NCBI GenBank assembly: GCA_023381695.1 | Contig: JAMCQP010000045.1 | Span: 6,263 to 70,262, forward strand | From: Bacillota bacterium | GTDB taxonomy: Bacteria > Bacillota > UBA5301 > JAMCQP01 | Direction: 5' to 3' | DNA length: 64,000 bases | In this document: in pieces, positions 29,011 to 40,640 of the stretch | Layout of the letters: each line of letters begins with the position of its first letter | Position numbering within the stretch: position 1 is the stretch's first letter | The notes under the pieces: generated by a model | Seen by the model: only the letters and a program-made list of their open reading frames with translations | Databases searched by the model: none | What the model was told of the DNA's origin: nothing | Translations under genes and position numbers: made by a program

Positions 29011-30999
29011 TCATCCCGCATAGCCAAGTTCGGCCCGCAGGTCGATGATCTGGTCCCGCAATTCGGCCGCCCGCTCAAACTCGAGTTTCCTGGCGGCCTC
29101 CTGCATCTCCTTCTCCAGCCCCTTAATGTAGGCCACCAGTTCCTTGGGACTCATGCGGGCCACCGTATCCTTGCCGACCCTGTACTCGGCCTGTTCCTCC
29201 GCCGCCCGGGCGGCCTGAACGATATCCTTGACCGCCTTGCGGATCGTGGTCGGCGTGATGCCGTGTTTGGCGTTATACTCCGTCTGCAGCTTGCGACGCC
29301 GGCTGGTCTCATCAATGGCCGCCCGCATGGAATCGGTGACCCGATCCGCGTACATGATCACCGTCCCCAGAGCATTGCGCGCCGCCCGGCCAGTCGTCTG
29401 AATCAGCGAGGTGGTGGAGCGCAGGAACCCTTCCTTGTCGGCGTCCAGGATGGCCACCAGCGAGACTTCCGGCAGATCGAGGCCCTCCCGCAGGAGGTTG
29501 ATCCCCACCAGCACGTCAAATTCGCCCAGCCGCAACCCGCGCAGGATCTCCACCCGCTCCAGGGCTCCGATGTCCGAGTGCATGTAACGCACCTTTACCC
29601 CCAGATCTCCCAGGTAATCGGTCAGGTCCTCCGCCATCTTCTTGGTCAAAGTGGTCACCAGCACTCTCTCGCGCCTGGCCGCCCGCACCCGGATCTCCTC
29701 CAGCAGGTCGTCCACCTGGCCCTTGACCGGCTTGACGATGATCTCCGGGTCCACCAGGCCGGTGGGCCGGATGATCTGCTCCACCACCTGCTGGCTGTGG
29801 TGGTGCTCATACTCCGCGGGGGTGGCCGAGACGAAGATCACCTGGTTGATGTGCTTCTCCCATTCCTGGAAGGTCAGCGGCCGGTTGTCGATGGCCGACG
29901 GCAGGCGAAAACCGTATTCCACCAGCATCTCTTTCCGGGAGCGATCACCCGCGTACATCGCGCCCAACTGGGGGAGCGTCACATGCGACTCGTCGATCAC
30001 CATGAGGAAATCCCCCGGGAAATAGTCGATGAGGGTCGCCGGCGATTCGCCGGGCTGGCGGCCGGTGAGGTGGCGCGAATAGTTCTCCACCCCCTGGCAG
30101 TAGCCCACTTCCCGCAGCATCTCCAGATCGTAGCGGGTGCGTTGCTCCAGGCGTTGCGCCTCAAGGAGCTTGCCCTGGTCCTTGAGCACCTTGAGCCGTT
30201 CTTCCAGTTCCGCTTCAATGGAAATCAGGGCCCGCTTCAGCTTTTCTTCGGTGGTGATATAATGGGTGGCCGGATAGATGGTGATGGTCTCCTTCTCCCC
30301 CAGGATCTCGCCGGTCAGGGTATCCACCTCCACAATCCGCTCCACCTCGTCACCGAAAAGTTCGATTCTGATGGCGTTTTCCCCGTAGATCGGGATGATC
30401 TCGATCACGTCGCCCCGCACCCGGAAGGTGCCCCGGGTGAACCCCACATCGTTGCGGGAGTACTGGATGCCCACCAGCCGCCGCAGGATCTTGTCCCGGT
30501 CCCGGAAATCCCCGTGCTTGAGCGAGAGGGTCATGCCCTGGTAGTCCTCGGGCGAGCCCAGGCCGTAGATGCAGGACACGCTGGCCACAATGATTACATC
30601 CCGCCGCTCAAAAAGGGCGCTGGTGGCCGCGTGGCGCAGCCGGTCGATCTCGTCGTTGATCATCGCGTCCTTTTCAATGTAGGTATCCGACGAGGGGATG
30701 TAAGCCTCCGGCTGGTAGTAATCGTAATAGCTCACAAAATAGTGCACCGCGTTGTTGGGAAAGAATTCCTTAAACTCGCTGCACAGCTGGGCCGCCAGGG
30801 TTTTGTTGTGCGCGATAACCAGCGCCGGCTTCTGGACGTTTTGAATCACGTTGGCGATGGTATAGGTCTTGCCGCTGCCGGTGACCCCCAGCAAGGTCTG
30901 ATGCTTATGGCCCTTCAAGAGCCCCTGGGTCAACTGGCCGATCGCTTTCGGCTGGTCGCCGCTGGGCTGGTATTCCGAAACCAACTGAAACTCCGGCAT
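29011..30999 (-). CDS. uvrB: Excinuclease ABC subunit B
   Basis: [33 protein letters not shown]-terminal UVR domain; start MPEFQL after GGAGG. Confidence 0.98.
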   Translation of the reverse strand: MPEFQLVSEYQPSGDQPKAIGQLTQGLLKGHKHQTLLGVTGSGKTYTIANVIQNVQKPALVIAHNKTLAAQLCSEFKEFFPNNAVHYFVSYYDYYQPEAYIPSSDTYIEKDAMINDEIDRLRHAATSALFERRDVIIVASVSCIYGLGSPEDYQGMTLSLKHGDFRDRDKILRRLVGIQYSRNDVGFTRGTFRVRGDVIEIIPIYGENAIRIELFGDEVERIVEVDTLTGEILGEKETITIYPATHYITTEEKLKRALISIEAELEERLKVLKDQGKLLEAQRLEQRTRYDLEMLREVGYCQGVENYSRHLTGRQPGESPATLIDYFPGDFLMVIDESHVTLPQLGAMYAGDRSRKEMLVEYGFRLPSAIDNRPLTFQEWEKHINQVIFVSATPAEYEHHHSQQVVEQIIRPTGLVDPEIIVKPVKGQVDDLLEEIRVRAARRERVLVTTLTKKMAEDLTDYLGDLGVKVRYMHSDIGALERVEILRGLRLGEFDVLVGINLLREGLDLPEVSLVAILDADKEGFLRSTTSLIQTTGRAARNALGTVIMYADRVTDSMRAAIDETSRRRKLQTEYNAKHGITPTTIRKAVKDIVQAARAAEEQAEYRVGKDTVARMSPKELVAYIKGLEKEMQEAARKLEFERAAELRDQIIDLRAELGYAG

Positions 31000-31047
31000 G
31001 TCTACTCCTCCACCGGTTCGGGCGCCGTACTTGATCTCATGTTTTTT

Positions 31048-31094
31048 ATTATAGCACATTTCCGTGGCAGGCATCATACACGAACAGGTATTCG
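31048..31094 (-). promoter_or_regulatory. uvrB promoter with Firmicutes-type LexA/DinR (SOS) box
   Basis: CGAACAGGTATTCG at 31081-31094 (one mismatch to CGAAC-N4-GTTCG) and extended -10 TGCTATAAT at 31056-31048. Confidence 0.75.
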
Positions 31095-31216
31095 TCAAAA
31101 ATTGGCCGTCTCCTGCCCGGCAACAGAAAATTTGTTCCGCCACCAGATTTCCTGACGAGATACCAAACCAGGCGCCGTCCAAAGAGATTTTGGGATTTGA
31201 ACCGGAGGTGGGGTTC

Positions 31217-33256
31217 CTACCGGAGGGCTCGCGCCAGCGCGAAGGCCAGAAATCCCGCCGCCGTGGCAAAGGCGGCGCCGGTCTTCACCCTGCCGCTCTG
31301 CGCGTCGACGGTCTCGCAGGCGATGCCGCTGTCCATCTCCAAATTCAAAAGCAGTGGCAGCGGGTCGGGAACCACCCCGGCGAGCGGGCCGGAACCCGCG
31401 GCTTGCAGGGCCAGCAGATCGTTGCAGAGGGCCATCGGCCATGGATGGGGCGCGTGGGCGCTCATGGCCGCCGGGAAGCGGCCGTCTCTATGGTAATATG
31501 GGTTCTCCCCGGAGTGGATCCACCTGGCGGTATTCAGGTAGATCTCATCCGCCCCGTCGCAGAAGCCATAGTGGGGAAGAAGCATCAAACTTCCCGGCGG
31601 GTCGTCGTAAAGCTCAAAACCGCCGGCCAGATCCACGCTCCAGGCAAACATCCTCCCAAAGGGCTCCTCCACCACACAATACCGATAAATTGCCTCTCTG
31701 AGCCGGCGGGCCGCTTCCTCCGCGGCAAGGGATTTCTGGATGAGCCCCACCCGCTCGTGGATCATGGACAACACACGCAGCGCCCGCCACACCAGGACGT
31801 TATCGTAGGTCAGGTAGGGATAGCGCACCGGATCGTCAGAGGGGTCCAGAAATGTGTCGAACAGGTACTCCGACGGGTGTTTGTGGTCCCAGAGGGCTTT
31901 CTCCAGCACAGCAACTCCCCTGGCCATGCCCGGCTCGTTCAGCAGATCAAAATCGCCGGTCGCCTCCAGGTACTCCCCGAGGGCCACCAGGTAGGCGGCG
32001 AGCTGATCGAGCTCAAACCCGGGGTAGAGCAACACCCCATCAATGTAGTGGCTGTGGATCCCCGCATTGCGCAGGTGCCTGGTGAAGCCGATGAACAGCA
32101 TCTCCCTGGCCAGCACCCGGTCCGTCATGAGCACCGCCGGAAAGGACCACAGAAAAGAATCCCGCGGCCAGAAGGCCGCGCTCACGTAATAAAGCGGGCT
32201 CCGCGAGGTGGCCAGCACCGTCTCCTCGGTGTCAATCGCCCGGCCGTGCGCGTAAAAATAGCTGAAAAACAGGTTGAGGTTCAAGAGGCGTGCAAAGGCA
32301 GGCGACAATCCAGCAGGCGCCGCCAGGGCATGCGACGCAAGCCAGGCCCGGGTCTGGGCCAGCAGCTTCTCCCAGCCGTGCCGCTTCATGTCGAAGAGGT
32401 TGGTCCCGGCCCCGTCGCCCTCCACGTTGACCGCCACATAGAAGGCCAGCGCCACCCGTTCCCCCGGCGCCAGGTTATACTCCTTGCCCAGAATGAAGTT
32501 GATCCTGTCCGTGCCATTGTTCTGGCAGCTAACCTCACGGTTGGCCAGCCCCTGCCCCAACCCCCAGATGCAGGTGTCCAGCTCTTCGGAAGCGCTGATG
32601 GCCAGCGCGGCAATTCCCACGTCCGGGCGCAGCTCGAGGGTCAGCCCCTGGGTCCACTTGTTATACCAGGCGCAGTGGCGCGCGTGGATTCGTTTGGAGG
32701 TGTAAATGGTCCGCCGGCTCTCCACCCAGCTTCCCCGCATCCCCACAAAGATCCGCTGCCCGGGCTTGGCGCCGGCAGCATTGCCTGAAGAAGCATGACC
32801 CGCGGCCGCGTTGCCCATGGCGCCGCCGTTGGTCGAGACCGCGTTGGCGGGCGCGGGCCCGGCCGCCGCCCGGCTGATCTCCAGCACATACATGAAGCCC
32901 TTGAAACCTACCGGCGCGCACACCGTCCCCTGAATCTCCAGCTGGCTCTCTTTGCACCCAAATCGCGGCACCCAGTGTCCTTCCCGGTCCCAGCGAAGCT
33001 TCCCGGCCAGGTCATGTTCCTCCCCTTCCACCCACAGGGTCGGCAGGAAGAGGTCGTCACGGTTCTTCCCACAAAATTCGATGAGCCCGCGCGAAGCCAT
33101 GTGCAGGATGTTGATGCTCTGGATCCCGCCGTTATGCGGATTGAGGGTTGGAATGGAAAGATACTCGTTCCCGGTGGGCAGATAGCTCGCCGGGTTATCG
33201 ATCTCCCGGGGGACCGTCATCAACCGCTGGGTCGCTTCATTGCTCTCCCGAGGCAT
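31217..33256 (-). CDS. Six-hairpin glycosidase, probably GH125 (metal-independent alpha-mannosidase-like)
   Basis: [19 protein letters not shown]...[14 protein letters not shown] and CETVD motifs; no signal peptide. Confidence 0.65.
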   Translation of the reverse strand: MPRESNEATQRLMTVPREIDNPASYLPTGNEYLSIPTLNPHNGGIQSINILHMASRGLIEFCGKNRDDLFLPTLWVEGEEHDLAGKLRWDREGHWVPRFGCKESQLEIQGTVCAPVGFKGFMYVLEISRAAAGPAPANAVSTNGGAMGNAAAGHASSGNAAGAKPGQRIFVGMRGSWVESRRTIYTSKRIHARHCAWYNKWTQGLTLELRPDVGIAALAISASEELDTCIWGLGQGLANREVSCQNNGTDRINFILGKEYNLAPGERVALAFYVAVNVEGDGAGTNLFDMKRHGWEKLLAQTRAWLASHALAAPAGLSPAFARLLNLNLFFSYFYAHGRAIDTEETVLATSRSPLYYVSAAFWPRDSFLWSFPAVLMTDRVLAREMLFIGFTRHLRNAGIHSHYIDGVLLYPGFELDQLAAYLVALGEYLEATGDFDLLNEPGMARGVAVLEKALWDHKHPSEYLFDTFLDPSDDPVRYPYLTYDNVLVWRALRVLSMIHERVGLIQKSLAAEEAARRLREAIYRYCVVEEPFGRMFAWSVDLAGGFELYDDPPGSLMLLPHYGFCDGADEIYLNTARWIHSGENPYYHRDGRFPAAMSAHAPHPWPMALCNDLLALQAAGSGPLAGVVPDPLPLLLNLEMDSGIACETVDAQSGRVKTGAAFATAAGFLAFALARALR

Positions 33257-33319
33257 CCTTGATCACCTCAAAATCTCCATGATCATTTCCGCTATTTATT
33301 ATCCATGACCACTAATACC

Positions 33320-33354
33320 AAAGGGGGCTGCTCCATCCACGCGGGAACAGCCCC
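33320..33354 (-). terminator. Probable terminator after oppF
   Basis: GGGGCTGTTCC...GGAGCAGCCCC followed by CTTT. Confidence 0.55.
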
Positions 33355-33403
33355 AATTCCGGTGTCGGCCGGCGCTATTGCCAGTTACTATTCACCGGCC
33401 AGT

Positions 33404-34387
33404 TCATTTTACGAGATGGCAGGCCACCATATGCCCGCCGCCTGCATCCAAAAATTCCGGTTCAGCCTCTTTACATCGTTCAACGGACACCTTGCACCGG
33501 CTTCTGAAGCGGCACCCGGCGGGAGGATCAATGGGGCTCGGGACATCCCCCTCCAGGATGATCCGCTTCCGCTCCGCCTCCACATCGGGATCCGGAATGG
33601 GAATCGCCGAAAGCAGGGCTTTGGTATACGGGTGCAACGGGTTCTTGTAGAGCTCGCTGCTCCTGGCGACCTCCACGATCTTGCCCAGGTACATCACCGC
33701 CACCCGGTTGCTGATGTGCTTCACCATGGAAAGATCGTGGGCGATGAAGAGATAGGTCAGCCCCATCTTCTCCTGGAGTTCCTCCAGCATATTCACGACC
33801 TGGGCCTGGATGGAGACATCCAGCGCCGAGATCGGCTCGTCGGCGATGATGAAACTCGGCTGCACCGCCAGGGCCCTGGCGACCCCGATACGCTGCCGCT
33901 GGCCGCCGCTGAACTCGTGCGGGAAGCGGTTGGCATGCTCCGGATTCAGCCGGACGATATTCAGAAGTTCATAGATCCGCTCCGTCCGTTCCTTGCCTTT
34001 GGCCAGGCCGTGGATATCCAGCGGCTCGCCGATGATGTCCCCGACGGTCATCCGGGGGTTGAGCGACGAGTAGGGATCCTGGAAGATCATCTGGATCTTC
34101 CGGCGGATCTCCTGCATCCCGCCCTCATCCTGGCTGTAAATATTCTTCCCCTCGAAGATGGCTTCCCCGGCGGTGGGCTCGTAGAGCCGGACGATTGTCC
34201 GCCCCGCGGTGGTCTTCCCGCAGCCGCTCTCCCCCACCAGCCCCAGGGTCTCGCCCTTGTTGATGGTAAAACCGACATCGTCTACGGCCTTCAGGGTCCC
34301 CTTCTTGCGAAACTTTATCCCCTGCCCCATCGCAAAATACTTCTTGAGGTGGCGGACCTCCAACAAAGGCTGTGCACTGGTACTCAT
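33404..34387 (-). CDS. oppF: Oligopeptide ABC transporter ATP-binding subunit
   Basis: [32 protein letters not shown]...VACH. Confidence 0.93.
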   Translation of the reverse strand: MSTSAQPLLEVRHLKKYFAMGQGIKFRKKGTLKAVDDVGFTINKGETLGLVGESGCGKTTAGRTIVRLYEPTAGEAIFEGKNIYSQDEGGMQEIRRKIQMIFQDPYSSLNPRMTVGDIIGEPLDIHGLAKGKERTERIYELLNIVRLNPEHANRFPHEFSGGQRQRIGVARALAVQPSFIIADEPISALDVSIQAQVVNMLEELQEKMGLTYLFIAHDLSMVKHISNRVAVMYLGKIVEVARSSELYKNPLHPYTKALLSAIPIPDPDVEAERKRIILEGDVPSPIDPPAGCRFRSRCKVSVERCKEAEPEFLDAGGGHMVACHLVK

Positions 34388-35400
34388 CAGACCGCCCTCT
34401 CTTTCTGCAACCGGCCGAGCAACGGCGCCGCCTGCGGATGCTGCAGCCAGCACGCCACCTGGTGGCCCGGGCCGGCTTCGGTGATCGCCGGTTTCTCTTT
34501 CAAGCAGACACCCATCGCGTGTTCACACCGGGGCGCAAACGCGCATCCCTCCGGCGGGTGCAAAAGATCGGGCGGCTGGCCGTAGATCGGCACCAGCCGG
34601 TGCTTTTCCTCTTCGTGCAGCCTGGGCACGGACTTCAATAGCCCCCAGGTATACGGGTGCTGCGGGTTATAGTAGATATCCCGCAGGGACCCGGCCTCCA
34701 CAATCTTCCCGGCGTACATGACAATCACCCGGCTGGCCAGCCCCGCCACCACTCCCAGGTCGTGGGTGATGATGATAATTGAGGTCTGAAGCTTGCTCTT
34801 CAGTTCCTTCATCAATTCCAGGATCTGGGCCTGGATGGTCACGTCCAGCGCAGTCGTCGGCTCATCGGCAATCAAAAGCTTCGGATTGCACGCCAGGGCC
34901 ATGGCGATCATCACTCTCTGGCGCATGCCGCCGCTGAACTGGTGCGGGTACTGGTTGATCCGGCGTTCCGGCGAGGGGATGCCCACCAGCTCCAGAAGTT
35001 CCAGCGCCCGCTTGGCGGCTTCTTCCTTGGACATGCCCTGGTGCAGCATCAGGGTTTCCGCAATCTGCAAACGGGTCTTCAACACCGGGTTTAAAGAAGT
35101 CATGGGGTCCTGAAAGATCATGCCAATCTCGTTGCCCCGGATCTTCTGCATCTCCTTCTCCGGCAGGCCCACCAGTTCCTGGCCGTTGAAGAGGATCGAC
35201 CCCTCCACAATCTTGCCCGGCTGGGAGATCAGGCCCATCACGGACATGGCGGTGACGCTCTTGCCGCACCCGGACTCGCCCACGATGGCCACCGCTTCTC
35301 CCACGCCGATCTCGAAGCTTACATCGTCCACCGCCTTGACCTCTCCCACGTGGGTAAAGAAAGAGGTCTTCAAGCTCTTCACTTGCAACAAAGTTTCCAA
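34387..35400 (-). CDS. oppD: Oligopeptide ABC transporter ATP-binding subunit
   Basis: [35 protein letters not shown]. Confidence 0.93.
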   Translation of the reverse strand: METLLQVKSLKTSFFTHVGEVKAVDDVSFEIGVGEAVAIVGESGCGKSVTAMSVMGLISQPGKIVEGSILFNGQELVGLPEKEMQKIRGNEIGMIFQDPMTSLNPVLKTRLQIAETLMLHQGMSKEEAAKRALELLELVGIPSPERRINQYPHQFSGGMRQRVMIAMALACNPKLLIADEPTTALDVTIQAQILELMKELKSKLQTSIIIITHDLGVVAGLASRVIVMYAGKIVEAGSLRDIYYNPQHPYTWGLLKSVPRLHEEEKHRLVPIYGQPPDLLHPPEGCAFAPRCEHAMGVCLKEKPAITEAGPGHQVACWLQHPQAAPLLGRLQKERAV

Positions 35401-35413
35401 GATCCTTCCTCCT

Positions 35414-36337
35414 TTACCGTCGCTGCCGCGGGTCTAAGGCGTCGCGCAGGCCGTCGCCCAGGAAGTTGAAGGCCAGCATGGTAATCGAAATGGCCAGGGC
35501 CGGGAAGAGCAGCAGGTGCGGATAAGACCGAATAGAAGACAACGCATCACTGGCCAGAGAACCCCAACTGGCCATGGGCGCCGAGACCCCCAGCCCCACA
35601 AAGCTCAGCCAGGCCTCGGTGAAGATGGCTTCCGGAATCTTGAGGGTCAGGGTGACAATAATCGGCCCCAGAGCGTTCGGCACCAGATGCCTCATCAGGA
35701 TCCTCCATTGCCTGGCCCCCAGCGTACGTGCGGCCAGAACATAATCCTGCTCCCTCAAACTTAAAATCTGACCCCGGACAATACGGGCCATGTCCGTCCA
35801 GTAGACCAGCCCGATGGCCAGCAGCACATTCTGCAGTCCCGGTTGAAAGATCACCATGAACAGGATCACATACAGCAACAACGGGATCGAGTAGAGCACG
35901 TCCACGATCCGCATCATGATGTTGTCCACCTTGCCGCCGGCCAGGCCGGAGATTCCTCCGTAGACCACCCCGATGGTCAGGTTGATCAGGCTGGCAAAGA
36001 TTCCCACCGTAAGGGAGATCCGGGCGCCGTAGAGGATCCGAACCAACTGATCGCGCCCGTGCAGGTCGGTCCCAAGCAAGTGCTGCCAGCTCGGTCCCTC
36101 CCCGGTACGATCCAGATCCTGGTCGGAGTAGGAATACGGCACAAAATAAGGGCCAACCGCCGCCAGGATCAACAATACGATAATCAGCACCAACCCGAAC
36201 ATCGCGGCGCGGTTCTGTTTGAGCCGCCGCCAGGCGTCCTGCCCATAGGTAACACTGGGTCGGACAATCGCCTCGGCCTCCGAACCTTGCCGCGCCACCG
36301 GCTGAAAAAGCCCTGGTGAGAGTTCCACTAAGCTCAC
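35414..36337 (-). CDS. oppC: Oligopeptide ABC transporter permease
   Basis: LGTDLHGRD, YVLAARTLGA, GDGLRDALDPR. Confidence 0.93.
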   Translation of the reverse strand: MSLVELSPGLFQPVARQGSEAEAIVRPSVTYGQDAWRRLKQNRAAMFGLVLIIVLLILAAVGPYFVPYSYSDQDLDRTGEGPSWQHLLGTDLHGRDQLVRILYGARISLTVGIFASLINLTIGVVYGGISGLAGGKVDNIMMRIVDVLYSIPLLLYVILFMVIFQPGLQNVLLAIGLVYWTDMARIVRGQILSLREQDYVLAARTLGARQWRILMRHLVPNALGPIIVTLTLKIPEAIFTEAWLSFVGLGVSAPMASWGSLASDALSSIRSYPHLLLFPALAISITMLAFNFLGDGLRDALDPRQRR

Positions 36338-37272
36338 TCCTTCTCCTCAACGTACTTGATCCGGGGATCGATGAATGCGTAAGCAATATCCACGATAAAG
36401 TTGAAGAGGACCAGCAATATGCTATAAAAGACCGTGATCCCCAGAATTGCGGTGTAGTCGCGGTTATAAATGCTGGTAACAAAGTGCTGGCCTAACCCGG
36501 GAATGGCGAAGATCCTCTCCACCACAAAGCTGCCGGTCATGATGCTCGCAGTCAGAGGGCCGAGGTAGGTCACCACGGGCATGATCGCGTTTTTTACGGC
36601 ATGGCGCCAGATTACCGTATTGCCTGACAGGCCTTTAGCCTTCGCGGTGCGGATATAATCCTGGTTCATGACTTCCAGCATGCTGGAGCGCACCAGCCGG
36701 GCAAAGAAAGCCATCGGGAGGCTGGCCAGAGCCAGTGTCGGCAAAACCGCCTGTTGCGGAGTCCCCCACATGGCCGCCGGTAACCACCGCAACTTGAGAG
36801 CAAATACAAACATAAGCAAGCTCGCCATGATAAAACTGGGTACCGAGAAACCGATGGTCGCCCCAAACATCGCCAGATTATCTGGCCATTCATTCTGCTT
36901 GAGAGCGGAGATAATCCCGGCGGGAATTCCCACCAGCAGCGCCAACAGAATTGCGTACAGGCCTAACTGGGCAGAGATCGGAAAACTGCGATTAATAATG
37001 TTGTTGACGGTCTCTCCCTCGTATTTGAAGGACGGCCCCAGATCCCAGCGCAGGAGATTGCCCATATAATCCACATACTGCTGCCAGAGTGGATCGTTCA
37101 GTTTGTAGCGAACCTCGATGTTCTTTAAAACGGCTTCGGGCAACACCTTTTCCGTGGTAAACGGGCCGCCCGGGATGGCGTGCATCAACAAAAAAGTAGC
37201 TGAAGCGACTACCCAGAGAACCAGGATGATGGAAACCAATCTCTTGGCAAAGTATTGCAGCAAAAAGATCAT
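36334..37272 (-). CDS. oppB: Oligopeptide ABC transporter permease
   Basis: PGGPF, DLGPSF, DYIRTAKAKGL, IDPRI. Confidence 0.93.
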   Translation of the reverse strand: MIFLLQYFAKRLVSIILVLWVVASATFLLMHAIPGGPFTTEKVLPEAVLKNIEVRYKLNDPLWQQYVDYMGNLLRWDLGPSFKYEGETVNNIINRSFPISAQLGLYAILLALLVGIPAGIISALKQNEWPDNLAMFGATIGFSVPSFIMASLLMFVFALKLRWLPAAMWGTPQQAVLPTLALASLPMAFFARLVRSSMLEVMNQDYIRTAKAKGLSGNTVIWRHAVKNAIMPVVTYLGPLTASIMTGSFVVERIFAIPGLGQHFVTSIYNRDYTAILGITVFYSILLVLFNFIVDIAYAFIDPRIKYVEEKE

Positions 37273-37336
37273 CCCCTAACCTTTAGATACCGGGTCGAAA
37301 GCCGTATGCCGGATGGAGGATATTTCGGACAGGAGA

Positions 37337-37365
37337 CGGGGTATACGCTGATCGCGTATACCCCG
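37337..37365 (-). terminator. Strong intercistronic hairpin between oppA and oppB (partial terminator or mRNA stabiliser)
   Basis: Perfect 12-bp stem CGGGGTATACGC/GCGTATACCCCG with no long U tract. Confidence 0.65.
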
Positions 37366-37393
37366 CAGTTCCTTGCCTCACTTTGTTCCGGCT

Positions 37394-39013
37394 TTAATGC
37401 TGGGCAATCCAGGCAGAACTGAAGTCGAAGAATCCCAGCATGGAAATGGCCACATCCTTGACGTAGCTCTTCTGCAACACCGGTTGGGTGTAGAAGTAGA
37501 TCGGGAGGATCGGCATGGCGTCCATGAGGATCTTCTCCGCGTCATGCATGGCCTTGTACTGCTTCGCGGCATTGGTGGTGGTCTTGGCCACCTCCACCAG
37601 ATCATCGTACTTCTTGTCGGCCCACCGGGAGCGGTTGTTGCCGCCGTTGCTGATCATCATGTCGATGAAGGTCATCGGGTGCACATAGTCACCGATCCAA
37701 CCAGCCCGAGCCACCTGGAAGTTGCCATCGGTCCTGTTCTGCAGGTAAACCTTCCACTCCTGGTTGGTAATGGTCACGTTGGCGCCCAGGTTCTTCTTCC
37801 ACATCTCCTGGATAGCCTCGGCAATGGCCTTGTGCATCTCAAGGGTGTTGTAGAGAATCTCAATGGGCGGCAGGCCCTTGCCGTCCGGATAACCGGCTTC
37901 AGCCAGGAGTTTCTTGGCAGTCGCCACATCGTTGTCCTTGAAAAATTCGCCGCCCGACTTGCGGAAGTCGGTGCCGGCTTTCGCATCCGGCATGCCATAA
38001 GGCACCCAGGCCATCGCCGGTACTTCGCCAGCCTTGGTCACCTTTTCCACAATCTGTCTGCGGTTGATGGCCATGGCAAATGCCTTACGGACCTTCGGAT
38101 TGTCAAACGGCGCCTTGGAGGTATTGAATTCATAGAAGTAGGTCCCCAGATACGGAGTGAACTTCACGATCTTCTGCTCTCTCAGCCGCGGCAATTCCGG
38201 ACGGGGCGGGAAATGCCCGAGGTCAATCTGGCCGGTCTCAAACATGGTCAGTTCCGTGCTTTCGGCTTCCACCATGGTGTACACTAACTTATCCAGTTTA
38301 ACCTTCCTGGCGTCCCAATAGTTCGGGTTCTTGACCATTTCCAGCTTGTCCTGGTGCGACCACCTGACTATCTTGAAGGGGCCGTTGGTCACCAGGGTGT
38401 CCATCTTGGTGTACCAGGTGTCGCCACCGGCTTCCACCGCCTTTTTGTTCAAGGGCATGTAGGTGGGGAAAGCGGTCAACGACAGGAAATAGGCGGTGGG
38501 CGCCGTGAGGGTGACCTTCAGGGTCTTGGCGTCAATAGCCTTTACGCCTACTTCATTGGCATCCTTGATCTTCCCGGTATTGTACTCTTCACCGTTCTTG
38601 AGATAGTAAAGGTAATAAGCATACTCCGCCGCGGTGGCCGGGTTTAGAGCCCGCTTCCAGCTATACTCAAAATCGTAGGCGGTTACGGGATCTCCATTGG
38701 ACCACTTGGCGTCCCGGAGATGGAAGGTATACTCCTTGCCATCCTTGGAGATCTTCCAGCTCCTGGCGATCGCCGGCACTGGCCGGTCGGTCTTGTCCAG
38801 CCTGGTCAGACCGTCAAAGATGTTCAATTCGACGATGGCCTCGGGGACACCGGTAGACTTGTTCGGATCGATGGTCTGAGGTTCCACGCTTAAGTTGAAA
38901 GTCAACGTCTGATTCTTGGCCGGTTTCTCGGCGGCAAAGGCCATCCCAGCACTGCCCAAGGCCAGCGCCGCGGAGAGAACCATGGCTAACAAAAGACTCC
39001 TGCGCACACTCAT
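37394..39013 (-). CDS. oppA: Oligopeptide ABC transporter solute-binding protein (no lipobox)
   Basis: TFHLRDAKWSNGDPVTAYDF, NGPF, RAGWIGDY; signal peptide ...AMAFA/AE-like with no Cys; start MSVRRS after GGAGGA. Confidence 0.93.
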   Translation of the reverse strand: MSVRRSLLLAMVLSAALALGSAGMAFAAEKPAKNQTLTFNLSVEPQTIDPNKSTGVPEAIVELNIFDGLTRLDKTDRPVPAIARSWKISKDGKEYTFHLRDAKWSNGDPVTAYDFEYSWKRALNPATAAEYAYYLYYLKNGEEYNTGKIKDANEVGVKAIDAKTLKVTLTAPTAYFLSLTAFPTYMPLNKKAVEAGGDTWYTKMDTLVTNGPFKIVRWSHQDKLEMVKNPNYWDARKVKLDKLVYTMVEAESTELTMFETGQIDLGHFPPRPELPRLREQKIVKFTPYLGTYFYEFNTSKAPFDNPKVRKAFAMAINRRQIVEKVTKAGEVPAMAWVPYGMPDAKAGTDFRKSGGEFFKDNDVATAKKLLAEAGYPDGKGLPPIEILYNTLEMHKAIAEAIQEMWKKNLGANVTITNQEWKVYLQNRTDGNFQVARAGWIGDYVHPMTFIDMMISNGGNNRSRWADKKYDDLVEVAKTTTNAAKQYKAMHDAEKILMDAMPILPIYFYTQPVLQKSYVKDVAISMLGFFDFSSAWIAQH

Positions 39014-39292
39014 TCCTCCCTCAAAATTAGAGTTTAAATAATAGTTCTCCGCCAGAAATGGATCTCCTTCCGTGTATGCAATGTGCAATTTTTAATCTTT
39101 TGTTTGACTTCCAAGATCGCCGCACCCACAACAAGCTTCCAAAGGCTTATTAACCTTCTTTGCCCGGGTACCAAAAATTTGCCCGCCGGCGTAAAATGAC
39201 AAAATAGCCGGGGCCATCTCCCGGCGCTTCCAGCCCACCCCTCCTCTCCGGCGATCGGATCTAAACTAACTACCTGTAAAGGAGCGTCGGCT

Positions 39293-39988
39293 ATGCACTC
39301 GATCGGTTTTTGGGCGCCAGTAATCTTACTGGCCGTCGCCGCCAGCCTCGACAACTGCGCGGCGGGCATCGCTTACGGCATCCGGCGGATCCGGGTGCCG
39401 GCAACTTCCAACCTCCTCATGGCCTTCCTTTCCGCCCTGGCCACCTGGCTCACCGTTGCGGCCGGCGGCTACCTGGGAACGGCAATCTCCCTTCAATTGG
39501 CCAGGCTCCTCGGCGCCCTGTTGATGATCGGCATTGGACTCTGGGTGATCTTCGAGTGGCCGGGAGAAGCCGCGCGACAGGAACCGCCGCTGGAAAAGGC
39601 TCAAACAAAACCGGGTCGGAGCCCGGATTTTTCCGGATACAACTACTTGATTATGAGCTGGCGCTTGAAGCCTCTGGGAATCATCATCCAGATCCTCCGG
39701 GAACCTTCGAAAGCGGATCTGGACCTGTCGGGAACGATCAGCCTCCCGGAGGCGTTCCTGCTGGGGACCGCCCTGGCCCTCAACGCCCTGGCCGGCGGCC
39801 TGGGAGCCGGACTGGCCGGGTTTCCCCCGCTATTCACGGCGGTAATGGTGGGGGCCTTGAGCTATCTGTTATTGTGGTTTGGCGTTTACCTGGGCAGCCG
39901 CTTCGGCGCCAGGTGGCTCGGGGAAAAAGCCCCCCTTTTCACCGGGCTGGCGCTGATCCTGCTGGGAATCACCAGCTTCAAATGGTGA
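39293..39988 (+). CDS. ytaF: YtaF-like sporulation membrane protein (MntP family)
   Basis: ASLDN..AGIAYG, ADLDLSGTISLPEAFLLGTALALNA, multiple TM segments. Confidence 0.8.
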   Translation: MHSIGFWAPVILLAVAASLDNCAAGIAYGIRRIRVPATSNLLMAFLSALATWLTVAAGGYLGTAISLQLARLLGALLMIGIGLWVIFEWPGEAARQEPPLEKAQTKPGRSPDFSGYNYLIMSWRLKPLGIIIQILREPSKADLDLSGTISLPEAFLLGTALALNALAGGLGAGLAGFPPLFTAVMVGALSYLLLWFGVYLGSRFGARWLGEKAPLFTGLALILLGITSFKW

Positions 39989-40051
39989 TTCCCCAGTTGA
40001 TAATCATCCAGCCCCGTGCAAGCACCCGCTTGAAAAAGCATGCTTCACCTT

Positions 40052-40552
40052 CTACAATGCTATCCCCCGGACCTCTCCGGCCAGTTCCCTGGGTACCGCC
40101 ACCGTCACCACCCTGGTGCGATCGTACTTGGGCGGGTTGAGAACTTTGGTGACGGTGCCCTCTCCGACTGCTTCGCCGGCCCGGTTCACCACGGTTGCTT
40201 TCTGGCCCGGTTGGGGCGCCGGGAGGAACTCGTAAGGGAAAGAGACGGTGGCCTCCGTATCGGAATGGGGGGCGTCCACCACGAAGATCGCCTGGCCCGG
40301 ACAGGCGGGAATGCACAGCCCGCAGCCGCGGCACTTGTCCTCCGCCAGGCGCGGGAGGTTGGTAATGGGCTCACCGACGCTGATCGCCCCGTATGGGCAG
40401 GCCTCTTCGCAAGGATTGCACGGAATCGGCTGCAAGCACTCCAGAACCGCCACCGGCCCCTCTTTCAGGCGTTTCTCCCCCGGGAAGCCGGGCGCCTGCT
40501 TCAGATCCTCCCACGTGACAATCCCGGTGGCCAAAAGCTCACTCTCCGACAT
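40052..40552 (-). CDS. 2x[4Fe-4S] ferredoxin-domain protein of the type found in sarcosine oxidase/proline dehydrogenase operons
   Basis: ECLQPIPCNPCEEACP, CRGCGLCIPACPGQAIF, FPYEFLP. Confidence 0.8.
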   Translation of the reverse strand: MSESELLATGIVTWEDLKQAPGFPGEKRLKEGPVAVLECLQPIPCNPCEEACPYGAISVGEPITNLPRLAEDKCRGCGLCIPACPGQAIFVVDAPHSDTEATVSFPYEFLPAPQPGQKATVVNRAGEAVGEGTVTKVLNPPKYDRTRVVTVAVPRELAGEVRGIAL

Positions 40553-40640
40553 CTTGATCCCCCACTCCACCCGCAAAAAAATATATATAAGGTCCGATAC
40601 TTGCCAACCCATCATGCTTTAATCTCACGCACCGTCAGCC

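Noticed and set aside
24060-31155. Very long plus-strand ORFs (658, 1004 and 630 aa) opposite uvrC, uvrA and uvrB
   Set aside because: Antisense shadows of high-GC3 genes; no recognisable motifs or RBS, and they mirror the real genes' extents.
31192-31206. GGTTCAAATCC on the minus strand resembling a tRNA T-loop
   Set aside because: The T-stem does not extend beyond 2 bp, there are no acceptor or anticodon arms, and it lies ~12 nt from the upstream stop codon.
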